From: Squalus acanthias
Lineage: Eukaryota
Length of the DNA: 64,000 bases
Direction: 5' to 3'
Assembly: GCA_030390025.1 (NCBI GenBank)
Contig: CM059432.1
Coordinates: 64,792,001-64,856,000 of the forward strand
Below are positions 37,176-49,284 of the stretch, piece by piece (position 1 is the first letter of the stretch; each line of letters opens with the position of its first letter). A model generated the notes under the pieces. The model searched no databases. It had not been told where the DNA came from and saw only the letters and a program-made list of their open reading frames with translations. Both the position numbers and the translations under genes were made by a program.

Positions 37176-37642
37176 TTTAGCTAACTCACCATTGCTTTTC
37201 AATCATTAACTTTCCCAACTTAGTGACTGAAAAGGAAGTGACAATGTGATTTCTCGATGAAAATAAAATCAATACTGAACTTTTGTTGCAGAAAAAGTGC
37301 CACAATTTCCAAACTCTTGTTTGGTTCTGCCTATTTCTGTTGCGTTTGAAATTTTTGGTTAAGCATTGATAATATCAGAAATATTGACCCTGAATGTGTA
37401 AGCTTTCCGAATATCACATAAGTTGTTTTGCTGTTCATCTAATTTGAATTCAGCATGTTAATGCATCAATTTTGAGTTCTGTGAGGAGATTAAAACCCAC
37501 AATTTAAATTAAATACTAAACAGAACGGACGTTGCAGTTAAAGATTTGTTTGCATCGCTTTGACTTTTAATCGGGATTCTGATGGTGTGATGCCCTCCTT
37601 AAGTGAAATTTATTTTACATTAATTAGGATTACATAGGATAT

Positions 37643-39315
37643 ACAACAACAACAACTTGTATTTATATAGCATCTTTAACGTAGTAAAACACCCCAAGGC
37701 ACTTCACAGGAGTATTATAATACAAAAATGTTGACACCAAGCCACATAAGGAGAAATTAGGGCAGATGACCAAAAGCTTGGTCAAAGAGGTAGGTTTTAA
37801 GGAGCGTCTTAAAGGAGGAAAGAGAGGTAGAGAGGCAGAGAGGTTTAGGCAGGGAATTCTAGAGCTTAGGGCTGAGGCAACAGAAGGCACGGCCACCAAT
37901 GGTTGAGCGATTATAATCAGGGATGCTCAAGAGGTCAGAATTAGAGGAGCGCAGATATCTCGGGGGGGGTTGTGGGGCTGGCGGAGATTACAGAGATAGG
38001 GAGGGGCGAGGCCATGGAGGGATTTGAAAACAAGGATGAGAATTTTGAAATCGAGGTGTTGCTTAACCAGGAGCCAATGTAGGTCAGCGAGTACAGGGGT
38101 GATGGGTGAACAGGACTTGATGTGAGGCAGCCGAGTTTTGGATGACCTCAAGTTTACCTACGGTAGGATGTGGGAGGCCAGCCAGGAGTGCGTTGGAATA
38201 GTCAAGTCTAGAGGTAACAAAGGCATGGATGAGGGTTTCAGCAGCGGATGAGCTGAAGCAAGGGCAAAGACGGGCGATGTTACAGAGGTGGAAATAGGCA
38301 GTCTTAGTTATGCTGTGGATATGTGGACGGAAGCTCATTTCAGGGTCAAATATGACACCAAGGTTGCAAACAGTGTGGTTCAGCCTCAGACAGATGTTAG
38401 AGAGAGGGATAGAGTCAGTGGCTAGGGAATGGAGTTTGTGGCGGGGACCAAAAACAATGGTTTCGGTTTTCCCAATATTTAATTGGAGAAAATTTCTGCT
38501 CATCCAGAACTGGATGTTGGACAAGCAGTCTGACAATTTAGAGACTGTGGAGGGGTCGAGAGAAGTGGTGGTGAGGTAGCGTTGGGTGGAAACTGATGCT
38601 GTGTTTTCGGATGATGTCGCCGAGAGATGTGAAATAGGAGGGGGCCAAGGATAGATTCTTGGGGGACAGCAGAGATAACAATGCAGGAGCGGGAAGAGAA
38701 GCCATTGCAGGTGATTTTCTGGCTATGATTAGATAGATAAAAATGGAACCAGGCGAGTGCAGTCCCACCCAGCTGGACAATGGTGGAGAGGCGTTGGAGA
38801 AGGATGGAGTGGTCAACCATGCCAAAGGCTGCAGACAAGTCAAGAAGGATGAGGAGCTATAGTTTATCTTTATCAAAGTCACAAAGGACGTCATTTGTGA
38901 CTTTGATGAGAGCCGTTTCAGTACTGTGGCTAGGGCAGAAACCTGATTGGACGGATTCAAACATGGAATTGCGGGAAAGATGGGCACGAATTTGGAAGGC
39001 GACAACACGTTCAAGGACTTTGGAGAGGAAAGGGAGGTTGGAGATGGGGCGGTAGTTTGCAAGGACGGAGGGAACAAGGGATGTTTTTTGAGGAGAGGGG
39101 TGATGACGGCAGATTTGAGGGAGAGGGGGACAGTACCTGAGGAGAGAGAACCATTAATAATATCAGCTAACATGGGAGCCAGAAAAGGAAGTTGGGTGGT
39201 CAGCAGTTTGGTGGGAATAGGGTTGAGGAAGCAGGAGGTGTGTCTCATGGACAAGATGAGCACAGAGAGGTCACGAGGGAAGATCGGGGAGAAATTGGAG
39301 AAAGATGTGAGTTCA
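37643..39315 (-). mobile_element. L2 LINE, 5'-truncated
   Basis: ORFs 38538..39359, 38500..38838 and 38084..38536 (SAAFGMVDH, VPQESILGP, WMSRNFLQLN, LIHAFVTSRLDY); (caa)n tail. Confidence 0.92.
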
Positions 39316-40507
39316 ATGACCAGTTGGGACTTTAACCTGTGCAAATTAGCAGGTGGCAAATAACCCTAACCTAACCCTAACCCTCGCCCAAAGCCAATGG
39401 GACCTTTGTTTACATAGGGTGTCATCGGGACCTGACTGCAATTTTAACTTAGCAGCCTGAGCTGGAAGCCACAGGAGTGAATTGGTGTTGGAAGATGTTC
39501 AAAAAAGCTAGGTTTTTCATCTTTCTTTTTACTTTCTTTGTGGGGCCTGGAGGTACAGGCGTGCTCCTCTAGCCTCCCACAAGGAAAACTCAGGCCTTCC
39601 CTGCCACAGACTCACTCCCCCTTGCCAATTCGGGTGGGAAGTTGGTCAGCAGGATTTAAATGAGGCCCTGGAGTTAAAATACACAGGACCTCATTTCTGA
39701 AACAAATGGGTGAGTTTCCAACTCACACTGCTGCCCACTCTCCCAAAACTGGCCTGGAATTAAAATCGGGATCCAAGAATCAAATAGAAATTACGTTTGG
39801 GCAATTTTTTTTTGAAAAGTACAAAAATAATAAGGAAGGGATATATATTCTAATTATACGGAAGCAAGGGGAAGTGGCAGATGCAGTGGCATAGTTGTTG
39901 CAGCTAAAATGCACTGGACCACTGAAACATATGACATGGGTTCCATGATATCCTCCATATTGAGTTCTGGATTACAGAGGAAGAAGGGATGAAAGAAAGG
40001 TAAAAGTTGGAATGAATAACTCCACGTCATTCTCACACATCTGATAGATAGTTGCAGATCAGCATTAGTAGAGGCTTTCATTTGGAATTAATTGAAATGC
40101 TGAAAGATGAAAGAGAAAGATAGAAAAAAATACCTTAAAACATAGGCATCCCACCCTCAAAAAAACAAAACGACGCTTGTCCCTGTCCAGTCTTCACCAG
40201 AGTTTATGATATGCAGTGATAAAAAATGTGCATTTTGTAGAAATGATAATGTTATAAACCCTTAACAGGCCTATAAATCTCAAATAACCATTTCCAATAG
40301 CAAAATTTACATTCTGCAACAGGCAACATTATCTCCCTGTAGTCACATTTTGTGTCATGTTCAAACTATAATAGCATGATTAATTTTCTAAAGTCTTTGC
40401 TATAAAAAGGGTTCTAGTAATAGCATTCTGTTCTCACTCTATTCTACAGTATTCAGTATGATGAAGAATAGTTTAAAAAATCTGATCAAAACATAAGGTT
40501 GAATCAT

Positions 40508-41500
40508 TGGGCAAGAAATTGCTTAGGTGTTGTGGTTCGTCGGGAAATAGGGAAAGCAATCGCTCATGCGAGTGCAAGAGGCACGTGGATGAAAGGCACG
40601 TGGGCGAGGATGAGAGACCCGAGCCATATTAGTGCTCTTGCCTCATTTGATAAAAATAGTTAAGCTGCTGGTGCTGCTTACGCTGTTTATTGGCAGCTCA
40701 TCTAATGGGGGGAGAAGGAAAATCGATCGTCCCTGATACCATTTAAAGGCAGCCTGCACCTCTTAAAAAGGAGGTGAAATTTAGCTGCATGCAACTTAGC
40801 TTGAGTGGATGGGTGCCCAAATGTTCAGACGCCGCTTTGGTGATCATTGTTGAGGAGGTCAGCAGGAGAATGGAAGCACATTTCCTATGGCGAGGGAGAG
40901 GGGGCAGAAGGGTCTCCAGACCCTCCCCATCAGTTACTGAACAATTCAATGCCAGGAGAGTTGCACCGAAGACCTGGCTGCAATGCAGGAAGCATTTTAA
41001 TGATCTGACCAGGGTTGCTAAGATGAGACTTGCAACTCTTATCTTTGTTATTCTCTGCTGAGCCCTGCTCCATCTGTAGCCCCAGTACTCATGAGCCTTC
41101 CCTCCCCTCATTCTCCTCCAATCACAGAGCACACTGCCACACTCTGCACCTGGTACAGACTACACAATTACTTTATTCACTTACCCACACCTGTGCCATC
41201 TTTCACACAACAGCCACACTATTCTACCCTGACATGCATCTTCTCAAAATATCTCACTAGGCTACCACTACCGTACTCTCTTCTTTCTTGCAGAAGAAGC
41301 TGGCTCACAATACCAGGGAGCAGGAGGGCCACCATCCATTCATATCCTGTCCCCATTCGAGGAGCTGCTGAACATTGTGGGCAGGGGGTGCTCCAGAAGT
41401 GTGACGACTGGTGAGACTGGAGGAAACGTCCTGCAGTTTCTGGACATCTTACCTTCTTTCTCCCTTCTCACTGGAAGTCCCACCCTCATACAATCTTCAT
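40508..41500 (+). mobile_element. Harbinger remnant with a Myb/SANT exon and decayed second exon
   Basis: ORF 40774..41061 PKCSDAALVIIVEEV...KTWLQCRKHFNDLTRVAK; ttgcag acceptor at about 41293. Confidence 0.72.
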
Positions 41501-43673
41501 GACAAAGTCCTACTGCCAGCATTCTAGTGTATAGTTTTCATCTGTTCTTGCATATGTTCCTGAAGAAAGAAGAGAAGCTACTATGCAAACTCCATTCAAT
41601 GTGTTATCTGAGGCAAAAGCAGAAACAATCGGCTAGAAATTGGATTGCTCAGCATCTGTTTTTCATCCAAAAATCAGATGCTTAAGGGTCCAATATCACA
41701 TGCTGGGATCTTGCGCCTGACATGCGGTGGCAGCATGGACTCCCTGAAACTTTTCAGCTTCTTTCAGGGCTCCCTGGTGGCCACCTGGAAACAACGCTGG
41801 CCATATTTAAATATGCAAAGTAGGGTTCTGCGCCTGTTGTAGGACCCTGCTGCCATATTAGGTAAAAATCCCTCAGAGCTTGCGCCATGCAAGATTTAAC
41901 AGGTTTTCTTGTTTCTACAGCAGCTTAAGTGACGGTCTATAAAGGGCCTACTGGATGCTACAGAAGAAACACAAAGGTCAGTCATGAGGAGCAGATTAGA
42001 AACTGCCCCATCCCCCCACCAGAATTAACTTCAGCCCAGACAACCGATTTTGCTTCTCTCTGTCATGGCGAACTGCCTCTTGGGCTCCTGATGATGCAAT
42101 GTTTGACTAGTATTGCATAGTTCTCTCAGGCATCAGTTTAGGTGCGGCGGTCATTAGTTTGTGCCCAAAACTGGCCGCAAACAAATTTCCAGGTCATTCT
42201 TCCCTCCTAAGAGCTTTTGCTGGAGGGAGACAAGAACGCATCAGGAATGCAGTGTAAACCCACCTGCTTTCTTACCTACCCCCACCGCACTGTATTTAAA
42301 ATTGGTCTTAAAGTGTTTCATTACTCCGGCTGTACTAATACACTACAAGGTTCAACTAATAAAAACCGACTGATTGCAGAATGTTAAAGTTGGTGTTTAT
42401 GCAAAATGTTAAAGTTGGTGTTTATGCTAAATTATTGTACGCGCCTGCTCGTCGGTGCTACTCTTGCCTATTTTCTGGATCAGATTCCCTCTTTACATCA
42501 GCATGGATGTCGCTGGTAGGAGAAGCTTTTGAAATCACAATTTTGCCTTTTTTGCAACAAAGAAATTTTAAAACATAGGAAACACTGAAAAAGTATTGGG
42601 GGTTATTTTGGTGAAAGGGTGAAAACAGGCGCTAAGTGGGTGCTGTGCTAATAAGACACGTCTGTTTGAAAGTCTGGTTTTAGCAAACAATTTTGTTCCT
42701 AATTGCTGATTACCTTAATTTGAATTTGCCTTGAGGTGCTAAAGCAGACACCTGCAGGTTATACTAGCCGCATGCATTGACTGCCCCAGCATCCTCTGAA
42801 ACCGTTGAGCATCCACAAGAATCTGCATGCTGGTCCCGAATTTCTGCAGGGTTGTCCCCATCGTCTGCTGTAACTACACTGACAGATTAGCAGAACTTCT
42901 GGAGAAACAGCTTAAATGGTCATTTTCAGCAGTTTCTCTGGGGTTCCCGCTGAAGGTTATGGCAGGAGAACAGGAGAATCCCTGCAGAAATTCAGGGCTG
43001 CTGTGCTTCACACCACATGTGTGTCTGTGCATTCATGCTGATGTTGATAGTTTTGGAGGAAACTAAAGTTTGCAGTGCAAATTGATTGCCTGTGATTTCT
43101 GCATTTTATACCCCATTCAATTTTAAAGGTTAGTTTAAAACTACCCCATTGTCTTTTGAACTAAGGCAGAGGACGCATACCCATGGACATATTTAAGAAG
43201 TTTTGACAGCATTGGTGCCATTATGTTGGCTTTTCAGAGTGGTTACATTACTCTGCTACCAGACTATTACCACGGGAGGTTTCAGCAGAACAGTGGGAGA
43301 TGCTTTAGATTCAGCAGATTTGACACTTCATTTATGCTATGACCATGCACACAATGCAAAAATGTTACAGTAAAATGTTATAAGATATGCCTTTGAAGTA
43401 CAAGAAATTAAGTGAAAATGTTACTGTATGCAGCTCAAAAAAGACTTTGCACCAAATGGAAAAGTAACCACACTACAAATGTTATTTTTGTGAAAATAAA
43501 AGAATGTCTGCTATCAGTAATCCACCATTTGCTATTGTATCAGCTTACATATTGTATGCCATACTTTTCATCAGAACACAAGGTAAATACTGTCTGAATC
43601 GGAGAATCTATTAAACAAAGGCAGTTAAGTATCGCGATTTTGTTTAGAGGATCTCAGTAATACAAATAACATT

Positions 43674-44434
43674 GGGCCAAAAATTCGGCGCTTGTCGGGT
43701 GAGTACGCGCTGTGTACTCACCCGTAAGGCCTCCTGAAGTGCCGGTTTCCTGCATGCACTGCGCATGAGCGGGAAACCGGAACTTCCGGTCTCGTGAAGG
43801 GAGGGGTTTAGAGGTGAACCGTGTGCGCGGGAGAGGCTGCGCACACGCAGCGAACTTAGGTTATTTTTCAGGTTTCTCCGGGAAGGTAAGTATGGAAGAA
43901 GCTGCGCTTTTCAAAAGGAGGCGCAGGACCCGTTTTTAACAAGGTAAGTGGTTAATTAATTACAATTTAAAAAAATTTTCAACAGGTTTATCTTTTTTAG
44001 ATACTTTAAAGAAAGGTAAGTTTATTTTTAGCACTGTTAAAAAGTATTTTAATTTTTTCAAAATTAAATTTTTGTTTAAAGTAGTTAATTTATTTAACTT
44101 ATAGTTATTTTAAAAATGTGATGTTTTTTTAAAATTATTTTAAGTTTAGGTGTTGTTTTGGGGCCGATTTCAATTCATCGATTTGACAGGTCTTCCTGTC
44201 AAATCTATGAATGAAAGATGGTCTGCTGCCATTGGCTCTCCATGGCCCACGTGATCCCAGGGGACGCATCGCACTAACTACGCCCCTGGGATACACAAGC
44301 ACTGCGCGCCGGCAGCTGCAAGAGGCCCAGGAGCTGAAGTCCCCGTGGGCCCAGAGGTCAACGGCAGGCGCGGTAGGTAGGTGCGCGTGCGATCCTTGCA
44401 CCCGCGGGAAGCCAGGGAGCCTAATTTCTGGGCC
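43674..44434 (+). mobile_element. ATT-TSD MITE copy 2
   Basis: att|gggccaaaaatt...aatttctgggcc|att. Confidence 0.9.
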
Positions 44435-44738
44435 ATTAAGGTACACCTCTCTCCAAACTACAAGCTTCAAGGTCACCCAAGCAAAGCTTTTGATATCAGA
44501 TGATGCATACTTTCCTCTTCTCTGAAGAATGTCACAATTCTGATGGCCCAATCTAGTTCAGCAACTGGCCTTGTCCTCTGAGAAATTGCAGATGCAAATC
44601 CAGATTTACCATTTATGGTGCAGCAACAAATTATGTGCTAGCTATCAGTTCCAGATTTGTCAATTAAAATAATTACAAAATTAGGCAAGCTGGCCCATTT
44701 CCTATTGACCTACATGACAGGCCTATTAACAAGTCAAC

Positions 44739-45433
44739 TGTTAGTCAACCTCCTTCCATCTGTGGTTCACAATGACACGCTTGGAGTAAGCACAAGGTAC
44801 TTGATGATGGAGTATATGGAACAGACTTTATTGATATCCAGCATAGGTGATCGATCTATACTGTACACAGAGAGTGGCTTTCGGTTTCTAGTTCTGTCTT
44901 TCGAGCCCTCCGAAGAACTGTTGAAAACCATGCTCCTTTATACACCTTAGTTTGTCTACATCAAAGGTACATGTCACAGACAAGACCTTGTGGCGTATCT
45001 GTTCCTGAATCCTTTGAAAACAATCTATTCATGTAAACAATTGTATTTGTTTATTTAAAAGCTACTTTTCTCAAACAAGTCTTCATGACTTAACTGTTCT
45101 TGAATCCTTTGGAGAGTAGGCTTTATTAACCGTTATCTTTCCACACTATAGTTAATGGATTTTTCTACCTATGTTTATTACCCTAGCCAACAAAGTTACA
45201 CCTTAATCACTCATGGCTGACGTCATTACTGTTACTTATTTCCTTGCACAAGCATTTCTCATTTACAACACTCAGACATCAACAGCAGAAGACAAGCTAT
45301 GCTTTCTCCTGTGGCACCCCAAAGCTACCTTGTTTATATAGGAAAGCCTGTTGTTCCAAGATACAAGGAAGTGTGATTATTAACCCTTAACTCTCCAAGA
45401 TATCTAACATATAACTCTCCAGAATGTCCAACA
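44739..45433 (-). mobile_element. Probable retroviral-type LTR preceded by a polypurine-tract-like sequence
   Basis: Minus strand: AGGTGAGGGGTCT then TGTTGG...CTAACA; TATA-like site at about 44940 followed by AATAAA at about 44830; no TSD or second LTR seen. Confidence 0.5.
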
Positions 45434-46520
45434 AGACCCCTCACCTGAACACCTTAATAACTCCTTTCATGGGAGGTTTGTAATCCATACAATTCTCCTG
45501 CTTGACTGCACAAGATCTGTAGCCCACAAACAGCCCTGTGCCCTTAAGAAGCAATGGTTGACCATTCGTCTACACTTGTACTCATTTTTCTATGTACCAA
45601 TGCCAGCATTCACCAGTTGCAAAAAGGGGCAGGGAGACATGTCAGGTCTCTTTCCAACCTGTGCTGCCTATCATTTCCTGGAGCTTCTTCTGGACATATA
45701 ACTGGACTTGCACTTGTAGTAAGTATAGCCCCAGCACAGCTATGATGATGAGACAGAAGAGAGCATTCCAGGTCTCCCACTTCATTCTTACTCTCCCAAT
45801 ACTCATTCAGTACCCCTGCAGGGAGTGCCTGCAAGAAGCTGGCACAAGGGCCTAACCCTGGACCTCCACAGACCAGAAGATCTGCGGGAGTCACAGGGAT
45901 ATGCTAAAGAATCTGGTGGTAGGTTAGGATCCTCTGAGGAAATCTCCCACTCCATGGCTGATTTCCAGCAATTTCAGAAAGTGTGTTAAGCTAAGAGAGA
46001 GAAACAAAGAGACAGAGTGAAAGAAAGATAGACCGAGAGATAAACCCCCAATTTTCCGCTGGAATTTTGAAAAGTTTCAGGTGCATCTGGGATCGGCAGA
46101 GGTTGGAGATTGGCCAAAGAGGCATTCTGCTGGCACTTCACTGATTATCATCACTTCTGCAATTTTACACCGGAAGAAGTAGCAGCCATTGATTCTTTCC
46201 ACCCAAATATGGATGAATGTATTCAAATTGCGTAATAATGATGGAGTAACATCAGTTGACACATTTTGCATCTTTACTGCCAATAGCAATACTGGATGTA
46301 GGCAATGACAGCAGTACCTACGATCCAGTATTACTATAGCTTACAGGAGGAGGGGGGGAAGGAGTGATTATTTAAATTTTAAAAGCTTTCTAGCCAGCCT
46401 CCTCAGATGGCTGCTCAAGTTGGTATCAGGAAACAGGTCCATGCCGCCCACACACCTGCGTAACGATGAAGCTTTCCAAACAGCAGCCCCCCAGAACTCA
46501 AAAGTCTGGAGGTGAAGGCC

Positions 46521-47788
46521 ACATAGAAACATAGAAGATAAGAGCAGGAGTAGGCCATTCGGCCCCTCGAGCCTGTTCAGCCATGATCGCATTAAATGGC
46601 GGATCATCCAAATTCAGTACCCTGTCCCTGCTTTCTCCCCATATCCCTTGATCCCTTTAGCCTTAAGAAATATATCTAACTCCTTTTTGAATATATTTAA
46701 TGAATTGGCCTCAACTGCCTTCTGTGGTAGAGAATTCCACAGGTTCACCACTCTCTGGGTGAAGAAATTCCTCCTCATCTCAGTCCTAAATGGCTTACCC
46801 CTTATCCTTAGTCTGTGACCCCTGGTTCTGGACTCCCCGCCATCGGGAACATCCTTCCTGCATCTAATCTGTCTAGTCCTGTTAGAATTTTATAAGTTTC
46901 AATGAGATCCCCTCTCATTCTTCTAAACTCTAGCGAATACAAGCCCAATCGACCCAATCTCTCTTCATACGTCATTCCTGCCATCCCAGGTATCAGTCTA
47001 GTGAATCTTCGCTGCACTCCCTCCATGGCAAGAACATCCTTCCTCAGATAAGGCAACCAAAACTGCACACAATACTCAAGGTGTGGTCTCACCAAGGCCC
47101 TGTACAACTGCAGCAAGACATTCTTGCTCCTGTACTCGAATCCTCTCGCTATGAAGGCCAACATACCATTTGCCTTCTTAACCGCCTGCTGCACCTGCAT
47201 GCTTACCTTCAGCGACTGGTGCACAAGGACACCCAGGTCTCGTTGCACTTCCCCTTTTCCCAATCTATTGCCATTCAGATAATAATCTGCCTTCCTGTTT
47301 TTGCCACCAAAGTGGATAACCTCGCATTTATCCACATTATACTGCATCTGCCATGCATCTGCCCAATCACCCAACCTGTCCAAATCATATTGGAGTTTCT
47401 CTGCATCCTCCTCACAGCACACATGCCCACCCAAGTTTGTGTCGTCTGCAAACTTGGAGATATTACATCTAGTTCCCTCGTCTAGATCATTAATATATAT
47501 TGTGAATAGCTGGGGTCCTAGCACCGATCCTTGTTGTACCCCACTAGTCACTGCCTGCCACTCGGAAAAATACCCGTTTATTCCAACTCTTTGCTTCCTG
47601 TCTGCCAACCAGTTCTCTATCCAAGTCAGTACCTTACCCGCAATCCCATGTGCTTTAACTTTGCATGCTAATCTCTTACGTGAGACCTTATCAAAAGCCT
47701 TTTGAAAGTCCAAATACACCACATCCACTGGTTCTCCCTTATCTATTCTACCAGTTACATCCTCAAAAAATTCCAGTAGATTAGCCAC
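46521..47788 (-). mobile_element. Young CR1 with RT core and 3'UTR
   Basis: ORF 46808..47788 YLDFQKAFDKV, QGSVLGP, KFADD; frameshift near the end. Confidence 0.95.
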
Positions 47789-48563
47789 CTTAGTTCAAAA
47801 AGGCTCATGCTACCACAGGTCAGCCAAACACAACTGGAAGCCCTGTCTCTCAGCTAGCACCCCGGCACAGCACCAGGATAGGCTTAACAACAGCACAGAG
47901 AGGCACCAGAAGTAACCACAGTGGTAAAAATAAATTGTAAATATATACATACACAGTAAAAATCACTTTATGACATGAGGTCCAGTATTCTAAAGTAAGT
48001 CTGTTTGCTTTTTGTGTTTGAGAAGATGTTTGGAGGACAAAGGCCTGGAAATTCCTATATCCCCAATGCAAAGCTGTAAATGCAGCCGTGTGGGACTTAC
48101 ATGTGCTGACAATGGAGGAGACTGACCCTGTCAGAAATCCTAAGGTCAGCTAATTTAAATAATGCTGGCAGGACAAGAGTAAGACTTCCAGCAGCAGAGG
48201 GCCAGATATACTGGGAGAGTCCAGAAAGGAGAGGAGCAAGGGCTGTATTTAAAGGGCTAAGCAGCCCCTTGACAGAGGGACTGAATTGTTGGTGATACAG
48301 ATGGGAAAAAGCAAGCATCTAACTTTTCAAAGGCTGATGTGGAAGTGCCTCTGTTACAAATTAGAAAAAAGGAGACATGCAATAGATGGAGTATCAGGGA
48401 ACAAGCCATCACATGCAGCAGCATAAGCCATATACATGGAGGTGGCTGTAACCGTGAGTGGGACCTCCATAACCCCAAGGACCCCTTTGCAGTGTTGAAT
48501 GAAATTAAATGACTTCACTAGGTTAGTCAAAGACTGTCCCTTGAGGAATCACAATGGCACCAT

Positions 48564-49284
48564 GGGGGAATAATTGGGTCGGTTTGCGTCTCTTGTTAGC
48601 GCCCCTGGGGGGGGGGGGCGCTAACGGGGTGCAAATCCCCATGTGCCCGGGTGCGGCGCTGCTAACGCCTCCTGCAAAATTCAGTGGGAGGTTAACGGCA
48701 GCGGTAACCGGTAGAGCCTCGCGGCGCTGCGCCGCCTGCGATGGCGTCATCGCCGTGCGCAGCGCCCCGCTTGCGCCCTGGCCACAAACTTCCCTTGCGC
48801 CCCCTGACCTATCGCCAGACGATATATCCGGCAGGGTCAGGGAGCGTTTTTGCAGCAGTGGCGGCGCTACTTAAAGGGCAGGTGTCGGGCGACCATTTTT
48901 ATTTTGGCTGACTGCCAGCACCTACCCACTTTCCCTTTTTTATGCGGGGTGCCGGCCGCGATCACTCCTCTTGAGTGCCGGGCTGTTTTCCCGGCACCTC
49001 TCTCCCCTGGTTGTCCAGCAGGGCCCCGGTGCATGCAGCGCTAGGCCCCTCCCCTTTAATCAGGGGAGGAGGCCTGCAATACCACGGCGCGGTTGCACGT
49101 AACGCCGCAAACTTCAGTAGTAGCGCCCCAAGAAGGAGGTGAAGCACTTCCAGTAGCGCCCCACCCCCTGCTTGGGGTGCTACTACTGAATTTATGGCGG
49201 AGGGGCACTAACTTTTTCGGGACGCTAAGATTAGTGCCCCTGCGACATTAGCGCCCCAAATGGGCGCCACCCAATTTTTCCCCC
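48564..49284. mobile_element. GC-rich Harbinger-type MITE with CAT TSD, inside an older Myb/SANT remnant (about 48300-48530)
   Basis: cat|gggggaataattgggt...acccaatttttccccc|cat. Confidence 0.82.

Noticed and set aside
39361..39383. Interstitial telomere (TAACCC)n
   Set aside because: Only about 4 imperfect units inside a MITE-like sequence
42380..42427. 25-bp-period direct duplication
   Set aside because: Ordinary local tandem duplication with no further structure
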